Shown: piece after piece, positions 13,509-26,900 of the stretch | Position numbering within the stretch: the stretch's first letter is position 1 | Layout of the letters: each line of letters begins with the position of its first letter | Origin: Eledone cirrhosa | Taxonomy: Eukaryota | NCBI GenBank assembly: GCA_964016885.1 | Contig: OZ024742.1 | Location: forward strand, 292,144,001 to 292,208,000 | Direction of reading: 5' to 3' | DNA length: 64,000 nt | Position numbers and translations under genes: made by a program | Notes under the pieces: model-generated | Database searches by the model: none | Seen by the model: the letters and a program-made list of their open reading frames with translations, nothing else | Told to the model about the DNA's origin: nothing

Positions 13509-13735
13509 TGGCAGAATCGGTAGAGCATTGGATGACATGCTTCACAGCATAGTTTATGGCCCTTTACATCCTGAGTTCAAATGCTGCTAAGGCCAACTTT
13601 GCCTTTCATCCTTACAAGGTCAATAAAGTAAAGTACCAGTCACGCACTGGGGTTTATTTAATCGACCCCCCCCCCCCCCTCTAAAAAAAAAACTTACTGG
13701 CCTTGTGCCTAAAGTAGAAACTATTATTATTATTG
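13278..13735 (+). mobile_element. Two tandem tRNA-derived SINEs (family B, (ATT)n tail)
   Basis: B box GAGTTCAAATCCC, central tttgcctttcatccttac..ggtcgataaaataaagtaccag, and tail ttgtgcctaaa.tagaaac(ATT)n. Further decayed copies at about 10245-10470 and 54715-54885. Confidence 0.85.
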
Positions 13736-13894
13736 TCACTGTTGTTTGCTGCAGCTGTTGTTGTTATAGCTCCTCTTCTTCTTCTCGATAACGTTGTTGT
13801 TGTCATTGCTACAGTTATTACTGTTGTAGATCTAATCATCATCATTCTTCTTTTTTCACCTCGTCTCATTTATCAAGTGTTATTTCTTTATATA

Positions 13895-15500
13895 TTGTTG
13901 TTGTTATTACTGGTGCTATTGTTGTTGTTAGTGATGTTATTGTTGGTGTTGTTCTTTTTATTGTTGTTACCCTTGTTGTTGCTGTTATTACTGGTGCTGT
14001 TGATGTTATTGTTGGTGTTGTTCTTTTTATTGTTGTTACCCTTGTTGTTGTTGTTATTACTGGTGCTGTTGTTGTTATTGTTGGTGTTCTTTTTATTGTT
14101 GTTACCCTTGTTGTTGCTGTTGTTACTGGTGCTGTTGATGTTATTGTTGGTGTTGTTCTTTTTAATGTTGTTACCCTTGTTGTTGTTGTTATTACTGGTG
14201 CTGTTGATGTTATTGTTGGTGTTGTTCTTTTTATTGTTGTTACCCTTGTTGTTGCTGTTGTTACTGGTGCTGTTGATGTTATTGTTGGTGTTGTTCTTTT
14301 TATTGTTGTTACCCTTGTTGTTGCTGTTATTACTGGTGCTGTTGTTGTTATTGTTGGTGTTGTTCTTTTTATTGTTGTTACCCTTGTTGTTGTTGTTGTT
14401 ACTGGTGCTGTTGTTGTTATTGTTGGTGTTGTTCTTTTTATTGTTGTTACCCTTGTTGTTGTTGTTATTACTGGTGCTGTTGATGTTATTGTTGGTGTTG
14501 TTCTTTTTATTGTTGTTACCCTTGTTGTTGTTGTTGTTACTGGTGCTGTTGTTGTTATTGTTGGTGTTGTTCTTTTTATTGTTGTTACCCTTGTTGTTGT
14601 TGTTGTTACTGGTGCTGTTGTTGTTATTGTTGGTGTTGTTCTTTTTATTGTTGTTACCATTGTTGTTGTTGTTGTTACTGGTGCTGTTGTTGTTATTGTT
14701 GGTGTTGTTCTTTTTATTGTTGTTACCCTTGTTGTTGCTGTTATTACTGGTGCTGTTGTTGTTATTGTTGGTGTTGTTCTTTTTATTGTTGTTACCCTTG
14801 TTGTTGTTGTTGTTACTGGTGCTGTTGTTGTTATTGTTGGTGTTGTTCTTTTTATTGTTGTTACCCTTGTTGTTGTTGTTGTTACTGGTGCTGTTGTTGT
14901 TATTGTTGGTGTTGTTCTTTTTATTGTTGTTACCCTTGTTGTTGCTGTTGTTACTGGTGCTGTTGATGTTATTGTTGGTGTTGTTCTTTTTACTGTTGTT
15001 ACCCTTGTTGTTGCTGTTATTACTGGTGCTGTTGTTGTTATTGTTGGTGTTGTTCTTTTTATTGTTGTTACCCTTGTTGTTGTTGTTGTTACTGGTGCTG
15101 TTGTTGTTATTGTTGGTGTTGTTCTTTTTATTGTTGTTACCATTGTTGTTGTTGTTGTTACTGGTGCTGTTGTTGTTATTGTTGGTGTTGTTCTTTTTAT
15201 TGTTGTTACCATTGTTGTTGTTGTTGTTACTGGTGCTGTTGTTGTTATTGTTGGTGTTGTTCTTTTTACTGTTGTTACCCTTGTTGTTGCTGTTATTACT
15301 GGTGCTGTTGTTGTTATTGTTGGTGTTGTTCTTTTTATTGTTGTTACCATTGTTGTTGTTGTTGTTACTGGTGCTGTTGTTGTTATTGTTGGTGTTGTTC
15401 TTTTTACTGTTGTTACCCTTGTTGTTGCTGTTATTACTGGTGCTGTTGTTGTTATTGTTGGTGTTGTTCTTTTTACTGTTGTTACCCCTGTTGTTGTTAG
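13895..15500. repeat. 69-bp minisatellite, about 23 copies, derived from (TTG/CAA)n
   Basis: Unit = 23 codons (RVTTIKRTTPTITTTAPVTTTTT on the minus strand); homogeneous units with about 5 recurrent variable sites. Confidence 0.95.
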
Positions 15501-16173
15501 TATTGCTGGCATTGTTTTTATTGTTGTTCTTGTTATTGTTGGTGTTGTTGTTATTGTTGTTACCATTGTTGTTGTTGTTTCTGTTTTTATTATTATTCTT
15601 GTTGTTAGTTTCACCTTATCACATTTATCATTTCTTATTTCATTACATCGTTATTGTTGTTATTATTGCTGCTGTTGTTATTGTTGTTATTGCTGTCATC
15701 ATCGTTGTTGTTGTGGTCATTGATATTGTTGCTGTTATTGTTTGTGTTATTGTTGTTAGTTCCTCCCTATCCCATTTATATTGTTGTTGTTGTTGTTTCA
15801 GTCCAAACTCCTCAATTTATCTGATTGATATAAATGATTGATTAAATGTTCATCTGCATTGACAGATCAAATTGATTGGAAACCAAACTTTTTTTATCAC
15901 AACTGTTCATTTGTCAAATATTGATCTCTATAGATTTATTTGTTATATTTTTTTTCATCTTTATTTTTGGATTGGTTTGAGAAAAACTCAAGATTGAACA
16001 TTGAATATCATTTCAGACAAACAGACAGACAGTCTTTCAGTAAGGTCTCTAATATAATGAGTGATACAATGATATATACATGTATATATATATATATATA
16101 TGTATGCGTGCAAACACATATGCATACATACACACACACTCATATATATATGCATCTCTGGCTTTCCCCCTCC

Positions 16174-16218
<45 letters not shown>

Positions 16219-16221
<3 letters not shown>

Positions 16222-16744
16222 TCATCATCATCATCATCATCAACGTTTAACGTCCGTGTTCCACGCTTGCATGGGTTTGGACGGGGGTAGTCCCACTTGA
16301 GGCAAGAGTGATTGTCTTGCTCGCATAGGACTGTCTGGCAGGTTTTCTACAGTTGGATGCCCTTCCTAACACCAACCACATTTACAGTGTGGGTCTGGGA
16401 GGTTTTTACCGTGTTGCCTACACGGCCACATTACAGCGTGGACTGTGTGTTTTTTTGTCGTGACACCTACACGATCTCATTTGTTTCGGCCTGGATGGCG
16501 CGGCACCAACATAACTTTACATAGAACGGGGTGGTGTGGATGGGGTGGGGGTGGTGGCGGGACGGGGTGTATTTTGTTAGAGATGCCTACTGGCAAGGCG
16601 GGTCTTCTCTGTTACTGAGTACCGCCAAAGGTCTCGGTCCAGTGACATTGTCTTGGAGAGGTGTAAGTGTGTGAGGTCGGAGTTTATCAGCTCATCCCAT
16701 GTTTTTCTAGGTCTGCCTATTCCGTGGCTACCGTCTATCTTTAT

Positions 16745-16746
<2 letters not shown>
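16219..16746 (-). mobile_element. RTE LINE 3' end (young subfamily)
   Basis: Reverse complement of about 30180-30720; apparently identical over ~275 bp to 44524-44798. (CAT)n tail, flanked by (TA)n on both sides. Confidence 0.93.
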
Positions 16747-16778
<32 letters not shown>

Positions 16779-17036
16779 GAATATATGTGTGTGTGTGTGC
16801 ATGCATATACATGTATTCATATATATATATATATATTCATATATATTCATATATATATATACATATGATATATGATGATGATGATGATATATATATATTC
16901 ATATATATTCATATATATGTATATATATATGTATATATATATATATGTATGTAAAAGCATATATATATATATGTATGTTTGTATATGCATATATATATGA
17001 AATATAAGAATCAAAGAACTGTTGAAAACATTATTG

Positions 17037-17083
17037 TGCTTACAGCTGTTTCCTCCAAACCGAGGTTTGGATTCTTCGGAGCA
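17037..17083 (-). ncRNA. Type I hammerhead ribozyme-like motif (variant core)
   Basis: Minus strand: UGCU-CCGAAGA-a-UCCAAAC(cucg)GUUUGGA-g-GAAA-CAGCUG-UA-AGCA. Palindromic stem III, GUA triplet, U4C core change. Confidence 0.6.
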
Positions 17084-18033
17084 ATTTATTAATGAATCGA
17101 CAGTTATATGACCTCCTTTTCAGCCAAGAGACATACCGATACATATGCAAATATTGTGGGTCAATATATATATATATGTATGTGTGTGTGTGTGTAAGTA
17201 TGTATGTATATATGAGAAAGGATTTAAGCGACACACATCAACACATGGAAAATATATTCAACACTAGCACAAATTAGAAATGATCTTTGAAAATCCACTC
17301 ATAGCAAAACCAGTTAAGACAAAACTAATTAGATAATTAATATATCTGAAAGCCTGTCTATATTAAAAATAATATTATAATCTGTTTTGTATGGATTAAT
17401 TTTCATTGTCTACTGAAAATTTGCAAGTATATATAAAAATGTCATTAGGTGTGCATCTTCAAACCTTTGTCACTATTTTCCTTATATATATATATTGAAT
17501 TTGACCACCAAAACCGGGGGTTACCTCCCTTCGGAGAAACCACGTGACTACTAGCAGTGTTTACTACTAGTTCTTACAACTGGCGGCAGCAGTACAAAAA
17601 CTTGTTGACGAAGTAAATTCCACTGTTCTATCTTCCAAAGACCAATTAACTTGCAGGCCTCTGCAAATAGATTTTGTTGATTTCGGATTTACAGTGGAGA
17701 TGTTATATAAAATTATGTAATATGTCCATGATGGTCCAGGTAATCGTCAAATATTTCCCCGAGTCGGTTTTTTTCCGTTGTTCTGGTCCTAGCAGCTCGC
17801 ATTTCGGTCGCTGGCTTCAATTTTCATAGCTGTCTAGACGTAATGTTATAACTCTAAGGTAAAATTCCTTATTGAGTGCTTTTGGTTGCACTTCCCAACA
17901 GCATTCGTTAGCTTGCTCACAACCAGAGCTTCGATTATGCTGTACTACCTTCTTGTATATATTAATATTGCCAGAAATAATAACAGAACACACTCACTGT
18001 TTGGTTTGGGTTGGTTTCCGCTTTTGTATCTTT

Positions 18034-18085
<52 letters not shown>

Positions 18086-18089
18086 TATA

Positions 18090-18350
18090 AGAGATATTTA
18101 ATTTGTTGGAAATCCAACAAATATAGATGTTTACAACTGATTCAAAGCACTCCACAAATTTCTGGAGTAAGTATTCAAATGATATTAAATAAATGGAAGC
18201 TATATTTATAAAACCATATTTATTCTATTATATATATTTCAAGGGTACCAACAATTTTGGTACGCTATCATCAGATAAAATTCAAAATGTTTTATAAATA
18301 TTTGACATGACCAAGGATGATATACCTTAACGATTCAAGTTATCCCTAGA
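18090..18350 (-). mobile_element. Solo Penelope-like pLTR fragment
   Basis: Homologous to 32073-32340 and 44800-44949; inserted between TA tracts. Confidence 0.85.
18222..18281 (-). ncRNA. Type I hammerhead ribozyme in PLE pLTR
   Basis: AUUUUAU-CUGAUGA-uag c GUACCAA(aauug)UUGGUAC c cuu-GAAA-UAUAUA-UA-AUAGAAU. Canonical core boxes; stem I has one U·G pair. Confidence 0.8.
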
Positions 18351-18954
18351 AAGACATATATATATGTGTGTGTGTGTTCTGTTATTATTTCTGGCAATAT
18401 TATAACAATATGACCCTCCCCAAGTATATATATATATATATATATATTAGGAAAATAGTGACAAAGGTTTGAAGATGCACACCTGATGACATTTTTATAT
18501 ATACTTGCACATTTTCAGTAGACAATGAAAAGAAATTAGTCCATGCAAAACAGATTATAATATTTTTTAAAAATATAGACAGGCTTTCAGAAATATTGAT
18601 TATCTAATTAGTTTTTGTCCTAACTGGTTTTGCTAGGAGTGGATTTTCAAAGATCCTTTCTAATTTGTGCTTGCGTTGAATATATTTTCCATGTGTTGAT
18701 GGAAACTCATCGTTAGCAAAATGGTTTTGCACAATTTAATTGCAAAACAATTTGACTGGTTTAAGAACTGATGAGGGTGAAGATGTGTGTTTGAACCTGT
18801 CTTGTACATCGCCTTTCTTATTTCTCCTTGTCTGTCCTCTCCTCTCTCAATCTTTTCTATATTTCATCTGCCTGTCACCCACCTCCTGGATTGTCTCTCT
18901 GCCAACCACTGGCTGCTGGCTTCTGTCCTCAGATGTATGTTTGCCCATTGCTGT

Positions 18955-19118
18955 CATTGACAGCATTTGACTGTTTTAACAGCTGTTCTAGTGATGAGTT
19001 TTCTCATTTTTATATGAATTCAAATGTACTCTCACTTAGTCTCAATCAGAGGTAGCAGTGTCTGTTCATATATATATATATATATACACATATGGTAGAC
19101 ATAGATGCAATTCAATTT

Positions 19119-19179
<61 letters not shown>

Positions 19180-19187
19180 CAATATTA

Positions 19188-19267
<80 letters not shown>

Positions 19268-19310
19268 GTATATATATATAAAATTGAAATGCATCTATAT
19301 CTACAATATG

Positions 19311-19346
<36 letters not shown>

Positions 19347-19512
19347 AAATTGAATTGCATCTATGTCTACCATATGTGTATATATATATATATATATATG
19401 AACAGACACTGCTACCTCTGATTGAGACTAAGTGAGAGTACATTTGAATTCATATAAAAATGAGAAAACTCATCACTAGAACAGCTGTTAAAACAGTCAA
19501 ATGCTGTCAATG
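18955..19512. repeat. Perfect fold-back inverted duplication centred on (TA)n
   Basis: 18955-19120 is the reverse complement of about 19345-19512, with no visible mismatch outside TA-tract length. Confidence 0.92.
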
Positions 19513-19525
19513 TATATTAATATTG

Positions 19526-19582
<57 letters not shown>

Positions 19583-19995
19583 CATGCAAGCATGGAAAAA
19601 TGGATATTAAATAGTGATGATGATGATGATGATATATATATATATGTATATATGTATGTATATACTTATATAAATGTATATATATATGTGTCTATGTATT
19701 TGTAAGCTAAAGTACATGTGTATATATGCAAATGTCTCCATACAAGTGTTGCATGTATACAAATATGTACATATAACTATGTGTGAATACTTTTATGTAT
19801 ACAAGTGTGTGTATATAAGGTGTGTATGTATCTATGTGTATATACCTACGTGTGTACAAATATAATTATATTTAGCTATGTGTGTAAAATATATCACAGA
19901 AGCTTAGAACAACACAAAGACATGTAGAATGATGTATCTCAGAAATCTCTAGAATAGACAGTAAAACTGGTCAATGGATATGTGTGTGTGTGTAT

Positions 19996-20031
<36 letters not shown>

Positions 20032-20043
20032 GATGAGAGAGAC

Positions 20044-20074
<31 letters not shown>

Positions 20075-20166
20075 TGAGAGAGACAGGCAGAGAGAGAGAG
20101 AGAGAGAGAGATGAGAGAGACAGACAGAGAGAGAGAGAGAGGGAGAGAGAGAGAGATGAGAGAGAC

Positions 20167-20208
<42 letters not shown>

Positions 20209-20336
20209 GAGAGACAGACAGAGAGAGATGAGAGAGACAGAGATGAGAGTGAGAATAGAGAGAAAGAGGAAGGAGGGAGAGGATAGAGAGGGATGGAGGA
20301 GGAGAGAGAGAAAGAGAGAGAGGAAAGACATAGAAT

Positions 20337-20379
<43 letters not shown>

Positions 20380-20455
20380 GTGGGAGGAGAGCGAAAGAGA
20401 GGGAAAAGACAGAGAATGAGAGAGAGATGGGAGGAGAGAAAGAGAGAGAGAGAGC
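19996..20455. repeat. (AG)n compound microsatellite
   Basis: gagaga runs punctuated by gatgagagagacagaca. Confidence 0.95.
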
Positions 20456-20719
20456 AAACAAATGTAGAAGACATGGTAAATCATATTTAGAATAGAAAAT
20501 GGTGGTGGGTTGAACAAGTGGCAGGAACAAATGAGAACAGATGGACAAAGCTATGTAGAGAATAGAGAGCAAGGTGGACTGGTTCACATAATCAAAGAAG
20601 ACAGAGGAAGATAAGATGGAGATGTATGATGCAGAGATAAGAAAGACATTACATGGATTAGATTGGCTCTGGATGAGAACAATTGGCTCTAGCTTAGGGG
20701 AGGTTTCACTTTGCAGTGG

Positions 20720-20752
20720 GTATGATGATGGTGAAGGTGATGATGAGGATGG

Positions 20753-20816
<64 letters not shown>

Positions 20817-20830
20817 GATGATCGTGATGA
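20720..20830. repeat. (GAT)n microsatellite
   Basis: Direct inspection; follows a faint RTE-like remnant (KWWWVEQVAGTNENRWTK at about 20490-20560). Confidence 0.9.
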
Positions 20831-22620
20831 GGAGATGTGGAGGATAATAATGGATTAAGTGATGATGATTGTAACTGTGAAACTAAAATCTGTAATAATA
20901 TTAAATGAATGTTATTTATATAAACTGTATTGAGCCAAATGAGAAGCCTGTACTGTATGTAAGCCTTTGACATGTTAGAAACAGAGCTAAATCTCCCGTA
21001 AATCACATCCTACTATCTTAAAAAAGAAAGCTGCCGTTGAACAATTAGATTATAAAAATACAAATGATAAAAAGTATTGGCAGGAAGACTTTTGTTCATG
21101 GGTTTGTTGACAACAATAACTACTAAGGCAGCATAGCAGCAATAACAACAATGACAGTAGTAGCAACAACACAAACAAAAACAGTAACAGTACCACTACC
21201 ATCAACTCCATCCCAACCACCAGAACACCACCAACTCCACCAAAATCATCACCACCACCATCACCACAAACAAAAACAACAGCAGCAGCAGCAACAACTC
21301 CACCACAACCACCACCAACAACAATAACACCACTAACACCACTAGCACCACCACCACAAACAACAGCACCAACCGCAACACCAGTACCCCCACCACCACT
21401 ACCATCACCAACAACAATGACAACACTACCTATACTAATTTAGAAAATTCCTAATTAAATTAGTTTTAAATGTTGTGACAATTAGCTTAACATTATTGAT
21501 TGGACTTCTGTAGCTTTAAATATCCTTTCTGATCATTTGATAGAAGTTGTTGACTCCAAATATGAGATAAATATTTGCCAATGTCGAAGTGTTGAGCAGA
21601 CTCTTCGGTCATGTTAATGGCCATGACAACCTTTTTAGTGCTGGTGCCATGATAAAACGAATCTAGTACACTTTATAAAGTAGTAGGCATTAGAAAGAGC
21701 ATCCAGTTACAGAAAGCATTCCAAAAAGGGTATAGAGAGAGCTCTTCAACCATGTCAAGGACATAATCTCTGTAATGTTGGTACTCTATTGAGTAATGTT
21801 ACTCCAAAACCCTTTAAAGGAACCCCATTTTGCCGCTTGTATTTGTGATTGTATTTTTTTAGTCATTACCAAAGATTCATGACCATAGGTAAGAGTTGAC
21901 GTGAATACCGAATTGAAGATAGTAAATTTGACTTTTACACCTACACACCTACATCCCAACTTCTGATTATCTAATGCTGAAGCTGGCGCATTACTGCACC
22001 AATTACTATTTCTATAATATCTTGTTTGTTTCTCAACATAAACATAGGGACCAAGCCAAACTCACTTCCATGCAGTGATACCTGGGAAAGAATATGTTAT
22101 AATGCTTTGCTAATGAGGCTCTTGAGTTTGAAAAATTATTTTGATGACTGGTCATAAAATACATACATAAATATATATGTCATAACTGTGCATTGCATAT
22201 TTTCTGATCAAGATGTGGTATGAAAAGAAGAAAGATAACCTTCTTAATACACACTTCTCCTCCCTGCTCTCTCACTACACCTCCATCTCTCTTTCTTTCT
22301 ATAACATGATATTTTATTATTTGCCTAAATATCATGTTATATAAAGTTCCAAGCATTCATCCCCAATTTGGTGCACAAATTAATGATTTTTATCATCTAT
22401 ATGCAAACATGACACATTCTGCTTAAGAAAAAGAAATATAACCAGAAAATGATTTCATATAACAGAATATATGCGTGTGTGTGTGTATAAAGTAGTTGCA
22501 TGTGTGTGTGTATATATATATGTACTGAAAAAAGTGTGGATGTTAGAAAACGTTCTATACAGATCATGTTACATAAGGAAAATAATTTTTAAAAAAGGGT
22601 TCAAAAAGTGCACCTGGTAC

Positions 22621-22784
22621 ATATATAAAGGATCTTTATAACATGTACAAAAATTGATGTTAAAAATTGATGTTAACAAAGCCTGATTTTTCCGTTTTGG
22701 TAATCCGAAACAGAAAAAGCAGGTTTTGCCATAAAGAACTTTTAACATCCATTTTTGTACATGTTATAAAGATCCTTTATATAT
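22621..22784. repeat. About 165-bp palindromic MITE-like hairpin
   Basis: atatataaaggatctttataacatgtacaaaaat... pairs with ...atttttgtacatgttataaagatcctttatatat. Inner arm gcctgatttttccgttttgg / ccgaaacagaaaaagcagg. Confidence 0.85.
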
Positions 22785-23066
22785 ATATATATATGATTTT
22801 CAAAGCCTTTTGTTTTTCATTTTCCTTATATATATATATATGCACATGCTAGGCATGGGGTGCAGTAATGAAATCACTGGTCCAGGGCTTAAAATTATTG
22901 CATTCCCAGTCAACTCCGTTTTTACCACTAACCAACTTATATTGTGCACTCTGATATACAGACTTGTATTTACTAAATACAAGTTCTGTAAAATGATGGG
23001 GTGATTGAAAATTTGGCACACTTTGACAAATTCAATTTGTCTGGTTTGATAAATATATACACACAC

Positions 23067-23104
<38 letters not shown>

Positions 23105-23124
23105 AGTTTAGATGAGTTGATAAT

Positions 23125-23310
23125 TGTTTCTACTTTAGGCACAAGGCCAGCAATTACCCAGTGCATTACTGGTACTTTATTTTATCGACCCCCGTAAGGA
23201 TGAAAGGCAAAGTCAACCTCGGCGGGATTTGAACTCAGATCGTAAAGGGACGTAACTATGCTGGAAAGCATGGCGTCCGACCCTCTACCAATACTGCCAA
23301 TCCACCGCCC
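23125..23310 (-). mobile_element. SINE family B with 16-bp TSD
   Basis: TSD TAGATGAGTTGATAAT at 23109-23124 and 23311-23326; reverse complement of the 40824 copy. Confidence 0.93.
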
Positions 23311-23614
23311 TAGATGAGTTGATAATACAACCATATAAGGCAAAGAATAATTCAAAGTTCAAATGTGATTTTATAGTCTACAGTAAGATAGGTAAAAGAC
23401 AGTTCAGAGTTTAATCCAATCAGTAAATTTCCAGTCACAGTAGTTTTACATCACAGAGCATATATAGAATGAATAAAAATAACCAGGATTAAATTACATG
23501 CATCAGTTTTTTTAGGATATTTGCATGAATTTAGAAAAAGCCACATAACACATCAAATAAATGCCATATTTAGATACAAATTGGTACAAATATTCTTTAC
23601 AATACATTTATATC

Positions 23615-23990
23615 TATTCAATGAATCCTCTGTTAACTTCAATGACTGCTTCAATACAGAGTCTGAAACATTGGCATGCTCAAATCAGATGACCTCTATC
23701 AATATTGGTCATTGTGCCAGTAATGGCAGACTTGAGAGATTCTATAGTATTGTGAGGGTGATGATTGACCTCTCTTTCATCTATGCCCCATATGTAATAG
23801 TCCAGGAGATTGAGGTCTGGTGAGCTAGGAGGTCATTTGTCTGGAAGAACATGGTCATGGCGATTGTCACACATCCATGTTTATGTCGTTCTGTCCTTAT
23901 GAAAAGGCAGGGAGCCTTGTTGGAAGACAAATGGTCTTACATTGCTTACTCTATCTATCCAGGGCTTCACAACTGTCTCTAACACCTCAG
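23615..23990 (-). pseudogene. Decayed maT/mariner transposase
   Basis: Minus strand reads VFQQG...PDK*PPSSPDLNLLDYYIWG...ACQCFRLCIEAVIEVNRGFIE*, homologous to the C-terminus of ORF 11626..12234. Confidence 0.85.
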
Positions 23991-26900
23991 GTAATTGATT
24001 TCACAAACAGTACCCAGCCACAAGTATATGCACTTTGGGATAGTGCAATTCAAGCATTACATTGGTTATAGCGCTGAGCTCTCGCTTTCACACCCAACCC
24101 AATTTGGTGGAGCCAGTGCTGCGATAGGGATGCATGGCAGGGAGTTTGGCTGGCAGAGTTGATAAACACAACCTATTTGGACCATATTGTAAGCCAACAG
24201 GAACTCACCCCACTGCCCAGCTCAGGCATACCAACCCTCAGCATATGCCTGTATATGTATATATGCATATGGCTTTCTTCATCTGTATAAATACTGTTGT
24301 TTATCTATATGTTCATTGACTTAGGTATTTGACAGAGATCAATACAATAAGTATCAGATTTAAAATGAGGAATTGCAATGTTGTTTTGATAGCCTTATTT
24401 TTTGTGGTTCAAAGTGCTCTGGGTTAAAATCCTGCCTAGGTCAACTCTATTTTTCATCCTTTGGGGATTGATAAAAATGTACCCATCCAGGAGCAGTGGA
24501 TTGTCAGAATTGTTAATGAGTTGGAAGGGATATTTTGTGGTATCTTATTCAACTCTGTGCATTATAAGTTCAAATCCCACCTCCTTCAGTTAAGGCCTAG
24601 TGGTATGTGTGTTGGACTTATGACAATAATGTTGTGGATTTGATTCCTGGACTGGGTTGTGTGTTGTGTTCTTGAGCAAAACACTTCATTTCACATTGCT
24701 CCAGTATACTCAGCTGAAAATGAGTGCCAGCAGTAGCTGGAAGTTTAACCCTGTAATTAACTCATGCCCTGACCAGGGTGGGGTCTTGTACTCTGAGTTA
24801 CTTAACTGCTGGGATAAGCACAGGCCTGATGATCCTCCTTGCTCAACACAGACTTTTGACTTTAGATCACCTCTTGCTGCCAGGAGTTGAGACTGACTGA
24901 AAGTATCAAGAATGGAGAGACCCATGGAAACAGTATTTTCTTGTTCCAATCTGATGCTTGGTTTCTTTTCTTTCCTTTCCATTAACAATAATTACTAAAA
25001 CATACTGAGGTCAATATCATTTATTATAAACCCTTGATGAGTGGTATTGCCCCAGCTTGGCCCAGGTTTAATGAGTGAAGCCAGTAAAAGAATAAATGTA
25101 TAAAATAACATAAAAACCCACTGTCAGCTATTTGTGATTGAAATTTTAAGCTTCTTGTGAGGGAGTAGATTTGACTGATTAGAACTGAGAAAAAATGAAT
25201 TCTCACTTTCAAAAGTGGAAAAGTCGATAAAGTAATTATAAAATGGAAGACAGAATGTCTGGAAGGTGCTCTTGAAAAATTACAATTCATTAAAATTTTA
25301 ATCTGAATATGACAGATAAAGATTATGGGGTGCATTTGGGGTATGGAATATATTCAAATATAATTTTGAAAACTAGCAGAAGGAAGTTGATCAGAAAAGA
25401 AAAAAAAAATCATTTTAAAAATTAATTTTAAAATATGGAAAAAAAAAAATCAATTTCTGAACTATAAATACTACAGATTTAGGTAATTCTAGGACACACG
25501 ATATGCATCGTATAAGAAAATAGATTGTTATGACAGACAAAGTGTTCTTTCTGTAATTAAAAATGATATTATTTTCTTGAACAACACAAGTGTTTTAAGG
25601 TCATTTTTTCTTGCTAATGCAGAGGTTAACCTTGCTGGCCCCATGACAGGTTTCATATTTAACATGGTGTCGTTTTCCAGGTAATGTTTTACAGCTGCAT
25701 GCTTTTCATAGCACCAATACTTTTAGTCATCTCTTACGACATACAATTATATGGTATATCTATTCTCTACCAGATAACTGGTTATACACACAACACATAC
25801 ATATATCTATATATATATATACATATACATATATATATGGAGGTATGTGTATTACAAGAACACAAGTGTTTTTAAGTTAATTTTCTCTGGTAAATCAGGG
25901 GCTTAGACTTGTCGGCTCATGATAGGTTTTATAATTATCATGGGGCTTTTTTTTTTTTTGAGGCAGCTGGATACTCGTCTTGACAGCAACCCTTTTAGTT
26001 AGTTTCTACAATATACAGGGTTATGGTGTATCAGTTCTAAACTGGAAACACTCAGCAATTTAAAATCAATTTCAAATGAGAAAATAATCAATTTTCAAAC
26101 TATAAATGCTACAGATTTAGATAATTCTAGAACATATGATATGCATCTTATAAGAAAATAGAATTTTATGACAGACAAAATTTTCTTTCTGTAATTAAAA
26201 CTAATCTTTTTTTCCTTCTTATTGAGAAATTTGAAATTTCAATTCAAAACTTATGGGAAGCAAAAAAAAAATGTGCTTGTTTAAAGATTACATTTTTTCC
26301 CCTTACTTCTCAAAAGAGACTTTATGCAATTTAGTTATTCTGATCAATAGATATTAGTAACATGGTTCACGAGGAACTACTAAAGTAGGATCCACAGAAT
26401 TTTTATATTCATATGGTGATACTGCCATAAAAAGTAAAATTTAGAATGTTCTGAAAATGTAATTATTTGCTCTAGTTAGCATTAATCATTGAAGCATGAG
26501 AATATCTGTTTACAGCTAGGTTGACTCAGACAAATAGAATAATGTGCTCTGCCTTTAGGGATAACAACATATTTTATCCACCAACACTACAGCTCTCATA
26601 TCTAACGATAAGCTACTGGTAAACTCATAAAATATTTATTTCATATGAAGGTAATATAAATATAGTAAAACATCAAATGTCTGGATATTATGCAACAATA
26701 TTTATATTTAGCCATCTACAAACAACGATTATACTTTGTGACATCAGAATGCAAACATATGTTGTGGTGTTCATTCATTGCCAAATGACACAGCGTGTAT
26801 CAAAATTGCACCTTTCTATTACAGATTCTATTTACCCAATGTCTCTTACAGGCTAGGGCTAACCTGAGGTATTGTAAAAGACACTTACCTAAATTATCAT

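Larger units (their letters stand above)
17236..18701. repeat. About 250-bp inverted repeat pair (17236-17483 / 18449-18701)
   Basis: catcaacacatggaaaatatattcaac...tttgtcactattttcct and its diverged reverse complement. An inner ~30-bp IR lies at 17964-17993 / 18371-18401. Confidence 0.9.

Noticed and set aside
18766-18800. CTGATGA motifs at about 18768 and 41991
   Set aside because: No stem II followed by GAAA; chance heptamers.
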